NCBI GenBank assembly: GCA_038060895.1
Contig: JBBTCT010000006.1
Coordinates: 7,403 to 71,402 of the forward strand
Direction of reading: 5' to 3'
DNA from: Planctomycetota bacterium
Lineage (GTDB): Bacteria > Planctomycetota > MHYJ01 > WSZJ01
DNA: 64,000 nucleotides
This document shows positions 29,127-38,134 of this stretch, one piece after another. The translations under genes and the position numbers were made by a program. Under the pieces are notes generated by a model that was not told the origin of the DNA, ran no database searches, and was given only the letters and a program-made list of their open reading frames with translations. Position 1 is the first letter of the stretch. The number at the start of each line of letters is the position of its first letter.

Positions 29127-30028
29127 ACCGTCGACTCGTGTTGATTCATGGGCGTTCGCAGGAGCACAAAAGCGCCGAGAAGCTCAAGAGGTCCTGGGTT
29201 GCGGCACTCAAACGAGGCTTGGCGAAATCAAACCTCGAGCTGCCCATCCCTGAGCGCGAGGTCCGCTTCCCCTACTATGGCGACGCCTTGCATGACCTCG
29301 CTTCGGGAAAGGAAGATGGGGTCGCGAAGGTCATCACTAAGGGCGCCACGCGCGACCACGAGTTCAGCGGTTTCGCCAAGGAAATTCTCCTCGAAGTCTG
29401 CGCCAAGGCCGGCATCACCGATGCGGACATCGAGGCAGCAATGACGGGGGAGAAAGTCATCGAGATGGGCATACTCAACTGGAAGTGGGTCCGTGCAATC
29501 TTGAGGACGATCGATCGACTAGTTCCGTTGGCTAGCGCCGCAAGCATCGCCCTGTTCACGAACGACGTTTACAAGTACCTGAGGAATCCCGGAATCCTGA
29601 ATCAGATCGAAATGCGCGTGCGCGCCGCATTCGAGCCAGGAATCCCCACAATTGTCGTCGCGCACTCGCTCGGCTCCGTGGTCGCTTACAACCTCTTGCG
29701 GACGGAAGGAACCTCGCTAGCCTGGCGAATTCCAGTGTTCGTCACTGTCGGCGCGCCGCTGGCAGTTTCCCGAATCAAGGCGCTGCTTGCACCGAATCAT
29801 CATCCTGAGTGCATCGACAAGTGGTTCAACGCGTTGGATGCCCAGGATGTTGTCGCGCTTCATCCTCTTACGAAGAGGCACTTCCCGATTGATCCTGAAA
29901 TCGAGAACAAGACAGACGTTCAGAATCCGTCGCCGAATCACCACGGGATCGAGGGCTACCTGGCCGACCGCGACGTTGCGAAGAAGATCCATGACGCGCT
30001 GATCGCCTCAGCGGTTCCCCGCGAATAG
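29123..30028 (+). CDS. Alpha/beta hydrolase (lipase-like)
   Basis: LVLIHGR, PYYGD, VAHSLGS nucleophile, VTVGAPL, DVVAL, HHGIEGYL; ATGA overlap with the caspase gene. Confidence 0.88.
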   Translation: MNRRLVLIHGRSQEHKSAEKLKRSWVAALKRGLAKSNLELPIPEREVRFPYYGDALHDLASGKEDGVAKVITKGATRDHEFSGFAKEILLEVCAKAGITDADIEAAMTGEKVIEMGILNWKWVRAILRTIDRLVPLASAASIALFTNDVYKYLRNPGILNQIEMRVRAAFEPGIPTIVVAHSLGSVVAYNLLRTEGTSLAWRIPVFVTVGAPLAVSRIKALLAPNHHPECIDKWFNALDAQDVVALHPLTKRHFPIDPEIENKTDVQNPSPNHHGIEGYLADRDVAKKIHDALIASAVPRE

Positions 30029-30136
30029 CTGCTCCCAAGCGGCGTCCGGTGAATGCCCAGCCTTTCGAAATGATTTCATCCCGTTCTGGCGCTTCGCGCT
30101 TCGGCTGGGTTGCGCGCGCCGCTTATCATCTCGCGC

Positions 30137-31801
30137 GTGCAGTCAGAACTTGCGTACTTGTTCCGCCACGCCCTCCTCCGCGACGCCGCGTACCAGATGC
30201 AGCTTCCCGGCGATCGCGCGCGGCTGCATGCTCAGGCTGTGGAGGCCATCGAAGCGATGGCCGGGGGGCGAGGACCGGCGGGGCGGCGGCTTCGGGCGGG
30301 TGGGGACGACGCGGTGCGGCCGCATCCGGCGGACGTTTTCGCGGCCGAGATTGCGGAGCATGCGGGGCTGGCGCTGGCGACGGAGGGGGCCCGTCTGCCG
30401 GAATCCGCGGCGCGATTCCTCGAATCGGCCCGAAGGCACTACCTGCGTCGCGCCGCGGAGTCGCTGGAGCGCGACTACCGATTCTCTGCGGCCGGCGCGG
30501 CCTGGGTGGCCTATGCGGGACTCACGGGCGGACGGGAGCGGGCGGAGGCGTTTCGACGGGGCGGACAGTCCGCGCATCGCGCCGATCAGCTCGGGAGCGC
30601 CGTGCCCCTGCTCCGCCGGGCCATTGCGCTTCATCGCGCCGCCGGGGACGCGCGCGCCGAAGGATTCGCGCGCGATAATCTCGCGACGGTCTTCCGCGAC
30701 GGCGACCGCAGGCAGGACGCCGAGCGGCTCTATCGGCAGGCGCTGTCGCTTCAGAGACTCTCCGGCAGCCGCCGCCTGCAGGGGCTGACTCTCTCGAACT
30801 ACGCCGGACTGCTCTACATGACGGGCCGCGCCGCCCGGGCCTCGCGCCTCTGCACCCGGGCGCTTACCCTGCTGCGCCGGGCCGGCGACCGCCACGGGGT
30901 GCGACGAACTCTGGGCAACCAGGCGGTCCTGTTAGAGGCAGCCGGCCGTGTCGCGGAGGCCGAGCGCACGTTCCGGCAGGCACGCCGGCTCCACCGCCTC
31001 GCCGGCGACCGGCGCGCCGAGGGCCTCGTGCTGGGCAACCTGGCGATGCTCTGGCAGCAGACCGGCCGGTTCCGGCAGGCCAAGCGCGCGCACGAAGCGG
31101 CGATTGCCCTGCATCGCGAGGCCGGCAACCGTCGCGCCGAGGGGGTGGCGCTCGGCAACCTCGCGGGCCTCCACAACCAGGTCGGACGGTACGAGCAGGC
31201 CGAGCGGATGTTCGGGGAGGCGCTGGCGGTCCATCGCGAAGTCGACAACCGCCGCGGGGAGGGCAGTCTTCTCGGGGACCTCGCGGGCGTTTATCGGAAC
31301 ACCGGACGGATCGAGCTGGCCGGACGCACGCTTCAGGATGCCCTCGCCGTCCACCGCGCCTGCGGCAATCGCCGCGGCGAAGCGCTGGTCCTCGGGCACG
31401 TCGCGAAGTTTCTCGAAGAGACGGGGCGGCACCTGGAAGCGGAGCGGAGTTTCGGGCAGGCGCTGGCGCTTCTGCGCAAGTTCGGCGACCCGCGCTCGCT
31501 CGGCATCGCTCTGGGGGATCTGGCCCTCCTCTACGAAAAAACGAGCCGCCGCGCCCGCGCCGCCCGCACGAACGCGCAAGCCCTCGCGTTCGACCGCCGC
31601 GTGGGCAACCGGACCTTTGAAGGCGTCCACCTCTGCCTGGCCGCGCGCCTCCTCGTCGCTTCCGGGCAGCTCCAGCGGGCGCGCCGGACCTGGCGCGAAG
31701 CCTCCCGCCTTCTGCGGGGGGCCGGAGACACCGCCGAGCTGGCCGTTCAGTCCGCCGCCATGCGGGACGCCTGCGGCCGCGCAGGACAGAGCCGCGTATG
31801 A
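30137..31801 (+). CDS. Stand-alone TPR protein, FRHALLRDAAY family, copy 4
   Basis: GTG 30137 with TATCAT 7 nt upstream; VQSELAYLFRHALLRDAAYQMQLPGDRARLH; TPR repeats. Confidence 0.88.
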   Translation: MQSELAYLFRHALLRDAAYQMQLPGDRARLHAQAVEAIEAMAGGRGPAGRRLRAGGDDAVRPHPADVFAAEIAEHAGLALATEGARLPESAARFLESARRHYLRRAAESLERDYRFSAAGAAWVAYAGLTGGRERAEAFRRGGQSAHRADQLGSAVPLLRRAIALHRAAGDARAEGFARDNLATVFRDGDRRQDAERLYRQALSLQRLSGSRRLQGLTLSNYAGLLYMTGRAARASRLCTRALTLLRRAGDRHGVRRTLGNQAVLLEAAGRVAEAERTFRQARRLHRLAGDRRAEGLVLGNLAMLWQQTGRFRQAKRAHEAAIALHREAGNRRAEGVALGNLAGLHNQVGRYEQAERMFGEALAVHREVDNRRGEGSLLGDLAGVYRNTGRIELAGRTLQDALAVHRACGNRRGEALVLGHVAKFLEETGRHLEAERSFGQALALLRKFGDPRSLGIALGDLALLYEKTSRRARAARTNAQALAFDRRVGNRTFEGVHLCLAARLLVASGQLQRARRTWREASRLLRGAGDTAELAVQSAAMRDACGRAGQSRV

Positions 31802-33315
31802 ATTCCGCAGAAACAGCCTACCTGTTCCGACATGCGTTGCTCCGCGACGCCGCCTACCAGCTCCAGCTCCCCGGCGACCGCTCGCGGCTGCACGGACTGT
31901 CTCTGGAGATCATGGAGACGATCTGCGGCGGGGCTGCGCCGGAGCCGCCCACCCTGGTATCAGGCGAGGCCGTCCCGCGGCATGCGACGGATCCGTTCGC
32001 GGAGGAGCTCGCCGGGCACGCTCGGCAGGCCGGCGAAACCGCGCGCTCCGGAGCGCTGAAGACTTATGCGCGCCGGGCCGCGGAGTTCGCGGATAAGTCT
32101 TTCCAGGTCGGGAAGATGCAGAGCCTCTGGCTGGATCTCGCGGAACTTCTCGAAGGCTCCGAAAAGGCGGAAGCCCTGCGCCAGAGTTCCCTCGCCGCCC
32201 AGACCGCGGGAAACGAGCCGCTCGCGCTGTCGCTCTGCGAGCAGGCGCTGGCCCTGCATCGCGAAGCGGGCAACCGTCGATTCGAAGGGGTCACGCTTCT
32301 CGGACTGGCGCACATCGGCCGCGATGGCGACAGGGGCGACCAGTTCGGAGATTCGTGCGAACGGGCGCTGGCGCTGCTTCGCGACTCCGGCGACCGGCGA
32401 TTCGAAGCGATCGCGCTCGGTCAGCTGGCGGCCTGGCACGGGGCCAAGGGACGAATCGGCGAATCCGAAAGCCTGCTGGAGAGATCCCTCGCGATTCACC
32501 GGGAACTGGGCAACCACTTCAACGAGGGGGTCATGCTGGGCACCCTGGGAAGCCTTCTCTTTTCCACCGGGCGCTTCGGGGAAGCCGAGCGCGCCTTTGA
32601 ATCGGCCCTGGTTCGTTGCAGGGAGGCGGGCGACGTGAGGGCCGAGAGCGTCGTGCTGGGCAACTTCGCCGGCGTCTTCCTCCAGACCGGGCGGGAAAAA
32701 CAGGCGGAGCTCACGATGGAGCGCGCGCTCGCGATTCACCGCTCCTGCGGAAACCTCCGTTCGGAAGGAATCGTGCTGGGAAACCGGTCGCGAGTCCACC
32801 GGCTGGCAGGCCGCTGGGACCAGGCCGAGTCCGATCTCGAGCAGGCGCTTCGGCTCCACCGCGAAGTCGGCAACAGGCGCTCCGAGGCCTACGCGCTCCT
32901 GAACCTGGCAAGCCTGTGCGGGGAACGGGACCAGCTGGAACGCGCCCTCCAGCTCTGCGCGGAAGCGCTCTCAATATTCCGCGAACGCGGCGAGCTGCCG
33001 ATGGTGGGCGGAGCCGTGGGAGTCCAGGCCGTTCTATGCCACCAGCGCGGCGACCTCGAAGAAGCCGGACGGCTCTTCCTGCAGGCCCTCGGCATCCTCA
33101 AGCAGGTCCGGGACGCCCACTCAGAAGCGGCGCTTCAGTGCGACTACGCCGTCTATCTCCTGGACTGCGGACGGGTGGAGGAAGCACGAAAGGCGTGGGC
33201 GGAAGGAAGTTCGCTGTTTCGGAAACTCGGCGACATGCGCGAACTCGAGCGGAAGACCCTCTGCGTTCGCGAAGCCTGCGGGAAGAACGGTATCCCGTCA
33301 ATCGAGTCAGTTTGA
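31798..33315 (+). CDS. Stand-alone TPR protein, FRHALLRDAAY family, copy 5
   Basis: ATGA overlap with copy 4; MNSAETAYLFRHALLRDAAY; TPR repeats. Confidence 0.9.
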   Translation: MNSAETAYLFRHALLRDAAYQLQLPGDRSRLHGLSLEIMETICGGAAPEPPTLVSGEAVPRHATDPFAEELAGHARQAGETARSGALKTYARRAAEFADKSFQVGKMQSLWLDLAELLEGSEKAEALRQSSLAAQTAGNEPLALSLCEQALALHREAGNRRFEGVTLLGLAHIGRDGDRGDQFGDSCERALALLRDSGDRRFEAIALGQLAAWHGAKGRIGESESLLERSLAIHRELGNHFNEGVMLGTLGSLLFSTGRFGEAERAFESALVRCREAGDVRAESVVLGNFAGVFLQTGREKQAELTMERALAIHRSCGNLRSEGIVLGNRSRVHRLAGRWDQAESDLEQALRLHREVGNRRSEAYALLNLASLCGERDQLERALQLCAEALSIFRERGELPMVGGAVGVQAVLCHQRGDLEEAGRLFLQALGILKQVRDAHSEAALQCDYAVYLLDCGRVEEARKAWAEGSSLFRKLGDMRELERKTLCVREACGKNGIPSIESV

Positions 33316-33336
33316 ATCAGCAGGCCGTGTCAGGAT

Positions 33337-33579
33337 TCACTTCTTCGCCTTCAAAAACCACCCCTTCGCCCCCTCGTCCGTCGTGAAGAACTTCAGCAGC
33401 ATGTCGGCGACTTTCTTGCGGCCGGAGTCGGACGGGTGCGTGCCGTCCTCGCCCTTGTACTTGTCTTCCGCCGTCATCTCGGTCAGCGGCTTGAGCCCGA
33501 GGTGGTCCTTCGGCGTCTGCTGGGCGAAAACCGACGAAGAGAGCAGGAGGGCGTAAACGGGGAACAAGGCGCGGCGCAT
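33337..33579 (-). pseudogene. 80-aa remnant of an exported SGNH-like protein with an in-frame internal deletion
   Basis: AAGGAG SD and signal peptide; GLKPLTEM...YKGEDG joined directly to a DGTHPS...RKKVADMLLKFF C-terminal SGNH-type DxxHP block. Confidence 0.6.
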
Positions 33580-33637
33580 CGCTGAACTCTCCTTGAGGGG
33601 CCGCCGCGAGTCTACGATAGCGGCCTCGTGACTGCTC

Positions 33638-33665
33638 CCTTCGACTCGCTTCGCTCGCTCAGGGC
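33638..33665. repeat. REP-like palindrome CCCTTCGACT...CGCTCAGGG
   Basis: Same ends as the element at 41437-41490. Confidence 0.65.
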
Positions 33666-33675
33666 AGAGCCCCGT

Positions 33676-35220
33676 ATGACATCCGCTGAAACGGTTTACC
33701 TTTTTCGGCACGCGCTTCTGCGCGACGCCGCCTATCAGCTGCAGCTCCCGCGCGATCGCGCGCGGCTGCACGGGCTGGCGCTGGAGGTGATGGAACAGAT
33801 CTGCGGTGGCCGGCCACCGGTTCCGCCGCCACTTGAAGACGCCGGTCGCGAACGTTTCGCGCCGCACCCGTCGGACGCGTTCGCGGAAGCGCTCGCCGAG
33901 CATGCCCAAAGGGCGCCGGAGGAAATGGATTTCCGCGGCGTTTCCGCGGCGTCTCTCCGGAAGCTCTACCTGCGCCGCGCCGCGGAGCACGCCGCGAAGT
34001 TCTTCCAGGGCGAAGCGTCCGAGCGCCTGTGGCGGCAGCACGCGGCGCTGGCGTCCGGCGTCGAGAAAGGTGAGTCGTTTCTCCGCGCCGCCGATGTGGC
34101 GCGCGAGCGCGGGGACCGGAAGCGAGCCCAGGCCGACATCCAGGAGGCGATGACCCTCGCTCCGGGGGCCAGCCAGAGGTTCGTGGCGCACATGCTCGGC
34201 GCGCAGGCCGCCCTCTACCTCGAAGTCGGCTGGTTTACGAAAGCGGAGTCGTTCTACACGCGCTCTTTGAAGATCCAGCGCGCGGCCGGCGATCGCAGGG
34301 AGGAAGGCGCCACTCTCGCGAATCTCGGCGTGGTCGCGCGCCAGCAGGGGCGGGCGCAGGAGGCGGAGCGCCTTCTGGGGGAGGCTCTTTCCATCCAGCG
34401 CGAAATCGGAAACCGGGAGGCAGAGTGCACCCTGCTGGGAAACCTCGGGGCGTACTACGCGCAGATGGGCCGCACCGAAGAGGCCGCGCAGGCGATCGAT
34501 TCGGCCCTGGCAAGCGCCCGAAGCCGCGGCGACCGCCGCGCCGAGGGAGTCTCGCTCGGCCTCCTGGCGGCGCTTCACGGCCAGCGCGGCAACCTCAAGG
34601 AAGCCGCATCCGCCTGCCGGCAGGCCATCGCGTTTGACATCGAAGTCGGCTCCCGGCCCGGCCAGGGGATCGCGCTTCAGAACCTCGCCACGGTCGAATA
34701 CCTCGAAGGAAATCTCGAGCGCGCGAAGGCCACCTACCTGCAGGCCCTGGAAATCCACCGCGAAGTCGGCAATCGCGCAAGCGAGGGAACGACGCTGGGC
34801 AATCTCTCCCAGCTCCTGAAATCCCTGGGGCTGCTGGACGACGCGGTCCGATGCTGCGAAGAAGCGCTCGCCATTTCCCGTCAGGTCGGGGACCGGCGTC
34901 ATGAGGGAATCTCCCTCGGAAACCTGGCGGGCCTCCACCAGAAGTCCGGGAAACTCGACGACGCCGAGCGGCTCTTCCGGATGGCCATCGAACTGCATCG
35001 CAAGAACAGCAATCGCGGCTTCGAGGGCAGCCACCTCTGCGACCTCGCGTGCCTCTTCGTCGCCCGGGGACGTGAGGCGGAAGCGCGGGAGGCGTGGATC
35101 CAGGGCCGGCTACTTCTGCGCCAGGCGGGAACCCCGGTGGAAAGGGAGCGCACCCAGGCCGCCATGCGCGCCGGGTGCGGCGAAGCCGGCGTTTCGCCGC
35201 TCGAGGAGCCCCCGGAGTGA
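33676..35220 (+). CDS. Stand-alone TPR protein, FRHALLRDAAY family, copy 6
   Basis: MTSAETVYLFRHALLRDAAYQLQLPRDRARLH; TPR repeats. Confidence 0.9.
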   Translation: MTSAETVYLFRHALLRDAAYQLQLPRDRARLHGLALEVMEQICGGRPPVPPPLEDAGRERFAPHPSDAFAEALAEHAQRAPEEMDFRGVSAASLRKLYLRRAAEHAAKFFQGEASERLWRQHAALASGVEKGESFLRAADVARERGDRKRAQADIQEAMTLAPGASQRFVAHMLGAQAALYLEVGWFTKAESFYTRSLKIQRAAGDRREEGATLANLGVVARQQGRAQEAERLLGEALSIQREIGNREAECTLLGNLGAYYAQMGRTEEAAQAIDSALASARSRGDRRAEGVSLGLLAALHGQRGNLKEAASACRQAIAFDIEVGSRPGQGIALQNLATVEYLEGNLERAKATYLQALEIHREVGNRASEGTTLGNLSQLLKSLGLLDDAVRCCEEALAISRQVGDRRHEGISLGNLAGLHQKSGKLDDAERLFRMAIELHRKNSNRGFEGSHLCDLACLFVARGREAEAREAWIQGRLLLRQAGTPVERERTQAAMRAGCGEAGVSPLEEPPE

Positions 35221-35278
35221 ACGCGAAAGCCGCCTACCGTGGCGGGCCCCGGACCCGCCCGGAGTATGATTCGGCCCG

Positions 35279-38077
35279 ATGGCCAAGCGCTCTTCGAAGA
35301 AAACGCGGCGGGCGACGACGAAGCGACCCTCGACGAAGCGGTCCTCGCCGGCGCGCGCGGTTAAGCCTCCCGCGAAGTACGCGCTCGGCCGCGAGATCGG
35401 GAGAGGCGGGCTGGGGCGCGTGGTCGAGGCGGTGGACGCGGAGATCGGGCGCACGGTCGCGCTGAAGCTGCTGCTTGACGGCGCGCCGCTCGACCTTGTC
35501 GAACGCTTCAAGCGCGAAGGCCGCATCACCGGCCGCCTGGAGCACCCCAACATCGTGCCGGTGCACGAGGTCGGGCATCTGCCGGGGGAAAAGGGCAGCC
35601 GCGGAGAAATCTTCTTCGCGATGAAGAAGATCGCGGGGAGGGATCTCGCGGACGTGCTGAAGGAATTCCGGGCGGGGAAGGGGGGGTGGACGCTGCGGAG
35701 GCTGGAGGAGATCTTCCGCGACGTCTGCCGGGCGATGGCGTTCGCTCATTCCAAGGGCGTGATTCACCGGGATCTGAAGCCGTCGAACGTCATGGTGGGA
35801 GAGTTCGGGGAAGTGTTGGTTGTCGATTGGGGGTTGGCCCGGGAAGGTCGAGAGTCGAAGGTCGAAGGTCGAAGGTCCGCTCGGCCTGATTCGGCGGAAC
35901 GCCCGCTCCTTACACTGGACGGCGATATTTTCGGGACGCCCGACTACATGTCGCCGGAACAGGCGGACGGGCGCACAGAGCTGGTTGACGAGCGGAGCGA
36001 CGTGTTTTCGCTCGGCGCGGTGCTTTATGAAATCCTCGCGGGGCGGCCGCCCTTCGCGGGAGGATCGACGACCGAGATCCTCAAGCGCGTGATCGAGGGA
36101 AACCCGACGCGGCCGACCGATTTGCTCAAGACGTTCGACCCCGCCGGGCGCAGCGCGTCCTCCTCGACCGTTCAGCCGCTTCCGGTTTCCCTCACGATTC
36201 CGCCGGAACTCGAAGAGATCTGCCTGAAGGCGTTGGCGAAGGAACGCAAGGACCGCTACCCGAACGCCGAGGCGCTTGCCGGCGAGATGCAGCGCTTCCT
36301 CGACGGCGCCCTCGAGCGCGAGCGGCGCGAGCGGTTCGCGGAGGAGGAGGTCGCGCGGGCGCGGGCGGCGATCGCGCGGTGGCGCGGGCTTGAAGCGAAT
36401 GCACGGGAGGCCGCGGAGCGGGCGTCGGCGCTCAGCCGGGAAGTGCGCCAGTGGCAGCCGCAGGAGAAGAAGATTCCGCTGTGGGACGCGGAGGACGCGG
36501 AAGAACGGCTGGCCGCCGAGAGCATCGGGGCGTTTTCGGAGGCGGACTCGGCGCTGGCGTCGGCGATGTCGAACGTCCCCCACCACAAGGAGGCGCGGCG
36601 GCTGAAGGCGGGGCTGTACTGGGAGCGGTTCCTGGAGGCCGAGCGGGCCGGGCGCGCGCGGGATGCGATGTACTTCCGGCCGCTGGTGGAGCACTACAAC
36701 GACGGCGACCTCGATGCGGCGCTTCGCGGCGACGGCACCCTCGAGGTCCGGACGGCTGCATGGCCCTGCGCGTGCCTGAGTGAAGGCCGGTCGGTCGCCG
36801 CTTCGGACATGAACGTCCTCGGCTACCACCCGTGGTCCGGCCGCCGGCTGGACGGAGCGGAGCCGGAGTTCCTGAAAGGGGCGGAGGACGACTGCGAATC
36901 GAGGCTGCGGGTCCACGCAGCGTCGTGCGCGACGACGGCGCTCGCGGGCGCGCGCGCGTGGGCCTACCTTTTCAAGGAAGAACGCCGGCTTCTCGTGCCG
37001 ACGACGCCCGCGGGAGCGACCGGACCCGCCCCGCCGGCAGAGTTGCTCGACGCGCTCTTCGCCGGCTCGCCGTTCCGTCCCCGCGGCCCGGGTTTGTTCC
37101 TCGGCGAGACGCCGGTCGCGCCGCGGTCCTGGCCGATGGGCTCGTGGCTGCTCTTGCTCGAAGCGCCCGGCCGGAGCCCCGCGCGCGTGCCGTTCGTAGT
37201 CCGGCGCCAGGAACAGGTCTCGCTGGACGTCGTCCTCTACCGGCCGGAGGAAACGCCCGACGATTTCCGCGCCGTCGCCGCGGGCGCGTTCACGTACCAG
37301 GGCGACGCGAGCGCGGTCGGCGCCCGCCCCGGCGAAAGGCGCGACCTGGGCGACGTCTTCATCGCCCGCGACCCCGTGACCTGCGCGCAGTACGCCGAGT
37401 TCGTGACCGACCTGTTCGCGCGCGACCCGGCCCAGGCCACGGCGCGCACGCCGCGCGCTTCCGACAAGTCCGGCTTCTACTGGCCCATCGTCCACGGGCG
37501 CTGCGTCGTCCCCACCACCGCCTGGCTCGCCGCCGCTTCCCCCGCCGATCGCGCCCGCGCCGCGCGGCTCGAAAGCGCGCCCGGCGACTGGGAAGAGCGC
37601 TGGCCGGTTTTCGGCGTGTCCTGGGAGGACGCGATGGCGTTTGCCCGGTGGCGCTCGCTCCGCGACGGGCGGCTCTACACGATTCCGCACGAGGTCCAGT
37701 GGGAGAAGTCCGGCCGCGGCCCGGACGCGCGCCCGTACCCTTGGGGCCGGCGCTTCGACGGCCTCCTCTGCAACGTGCAGGAATCGCACGAGGGCACGGC
37801 CCGGCCTTCGACGGTCGAGGTGTTTGCCACGGACGAGTCGCCGTATGGCGTGCGCGGCCTGGCCGGCAACCAGCAGGAATGGTGCCTCAACGAGCCCGGG
37901 CCTTCGTATCGCGGATGGCGCAGTACACGCGGAAGCACCTGGGCGGGGTCGGCGGCGCGCACGCGACTGGCGTACCGGGCGGGGAACATCGTGAGGACGC
38001 TGTCGTACTCGAGCGGGTTCCGGCTGGCGGCGGTGGTGAAGCTGACGGCGGCGGGGGAAGGGGTATGTGCGTCGTAG
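35279..38077 (+). CDS. Ser/Thr kinase fused to an FGE-sulfatase (SUMF1-like) domain
   Basis: GRGGLG, VALK, HRDLKPSN, DWG, GTPDYMSPE; PVTCAQY, PVFGVSWEDA, EVQWEKSGRG..YPWG, SPYGVRGLAGN, GFRL. Confidence 0.92.
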   Translation: MAKRSSKKTRRATTKRPSTKRSSPARAVKPPAKYALGREIGRGGLGRVVEAVDAEIGRTVALKLLLDGAPLDLVERFKREGRITGRLEHPNIVPVHEVGHLPGEKGSRGEIFFAMKKIAGRDLADVLKEFRAGKGGWTLRRLEEIFRDVCRAMAFAHSKGVIHRDLKPSNVMVGEFGEVLVVDWGLAREGRESKVEGRRSARPDSAERPLLTLDGDIFGTPDYMSPEQADGRTELVDERSDVFSLGAVLYEILAGRPPFAGGSTTEILKRVIEGNPTRPTDLLKTFDPAGRSASSSTVQPLPVSLTIPPELEEICLKALAKERKDRYPNAEALAGEMQRFLDGALERERRERFAEEEVARARAAIARWRGLEANAREAAERASALSREVRQWQPQEKKIPLWDAEDAEERLAAESIGAFSEADSALASAMSNVPHHKEARRLKAGLYWERFLEAERAGRARDAMYFRPLVEHYNDGDLDAALRGDGTLEVRTAAWPCACLSEGRSVAASDMNVLGYHPWSGRRLDGAEPEFLKGAEDDCESRLRVHAASCATTALAGARAWAYLFKEERRLLVPTTPAGATGPAPPAELLDALFAGSPFRPRGPGLFLGETPVAPRSWPMGSWLLLLEAPGRSPARVPFVVRRQEQVSLDVVLYRPEETPDDFRAVAAGAFTYQGDASAVGARPGERRDLGDVFIARDPVTCAQYAEFVTDLFARDPAQATARTPRASDKSGFYWPIVHGRCVVPTTAWLAAASPADRARAARLESAPGDWEERWPVFGVSWEDAMAFARWRSLRDGRLYTIPHEVQWEKSGRGPDARPYPWGRRFDGLLCNVQESHEGTARPSTVEVFATDESPYGVRGLAGNQQEWCLNEPGPSYRGWRSTRGSTWAGSAARTRLAYRAGNIVRTLSYSSGFRLAAVVKLTAAGEGVCAS
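35843..35877 (+). repeat. Heptamer tandem repeat (GAAGGTC)x5, one unit variant
   Basis: gaaggtc gagagtc gaaggtc gaaggtc gaaggtc inside the kinase CDS. Confidence 0.9.
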
Positions 38078-38134
38078 CTGAGCGGGCAGAGGCGGTCGCA
38101 GTTTGAACCCCTGCCGATGAGATCGAACCGCCGT

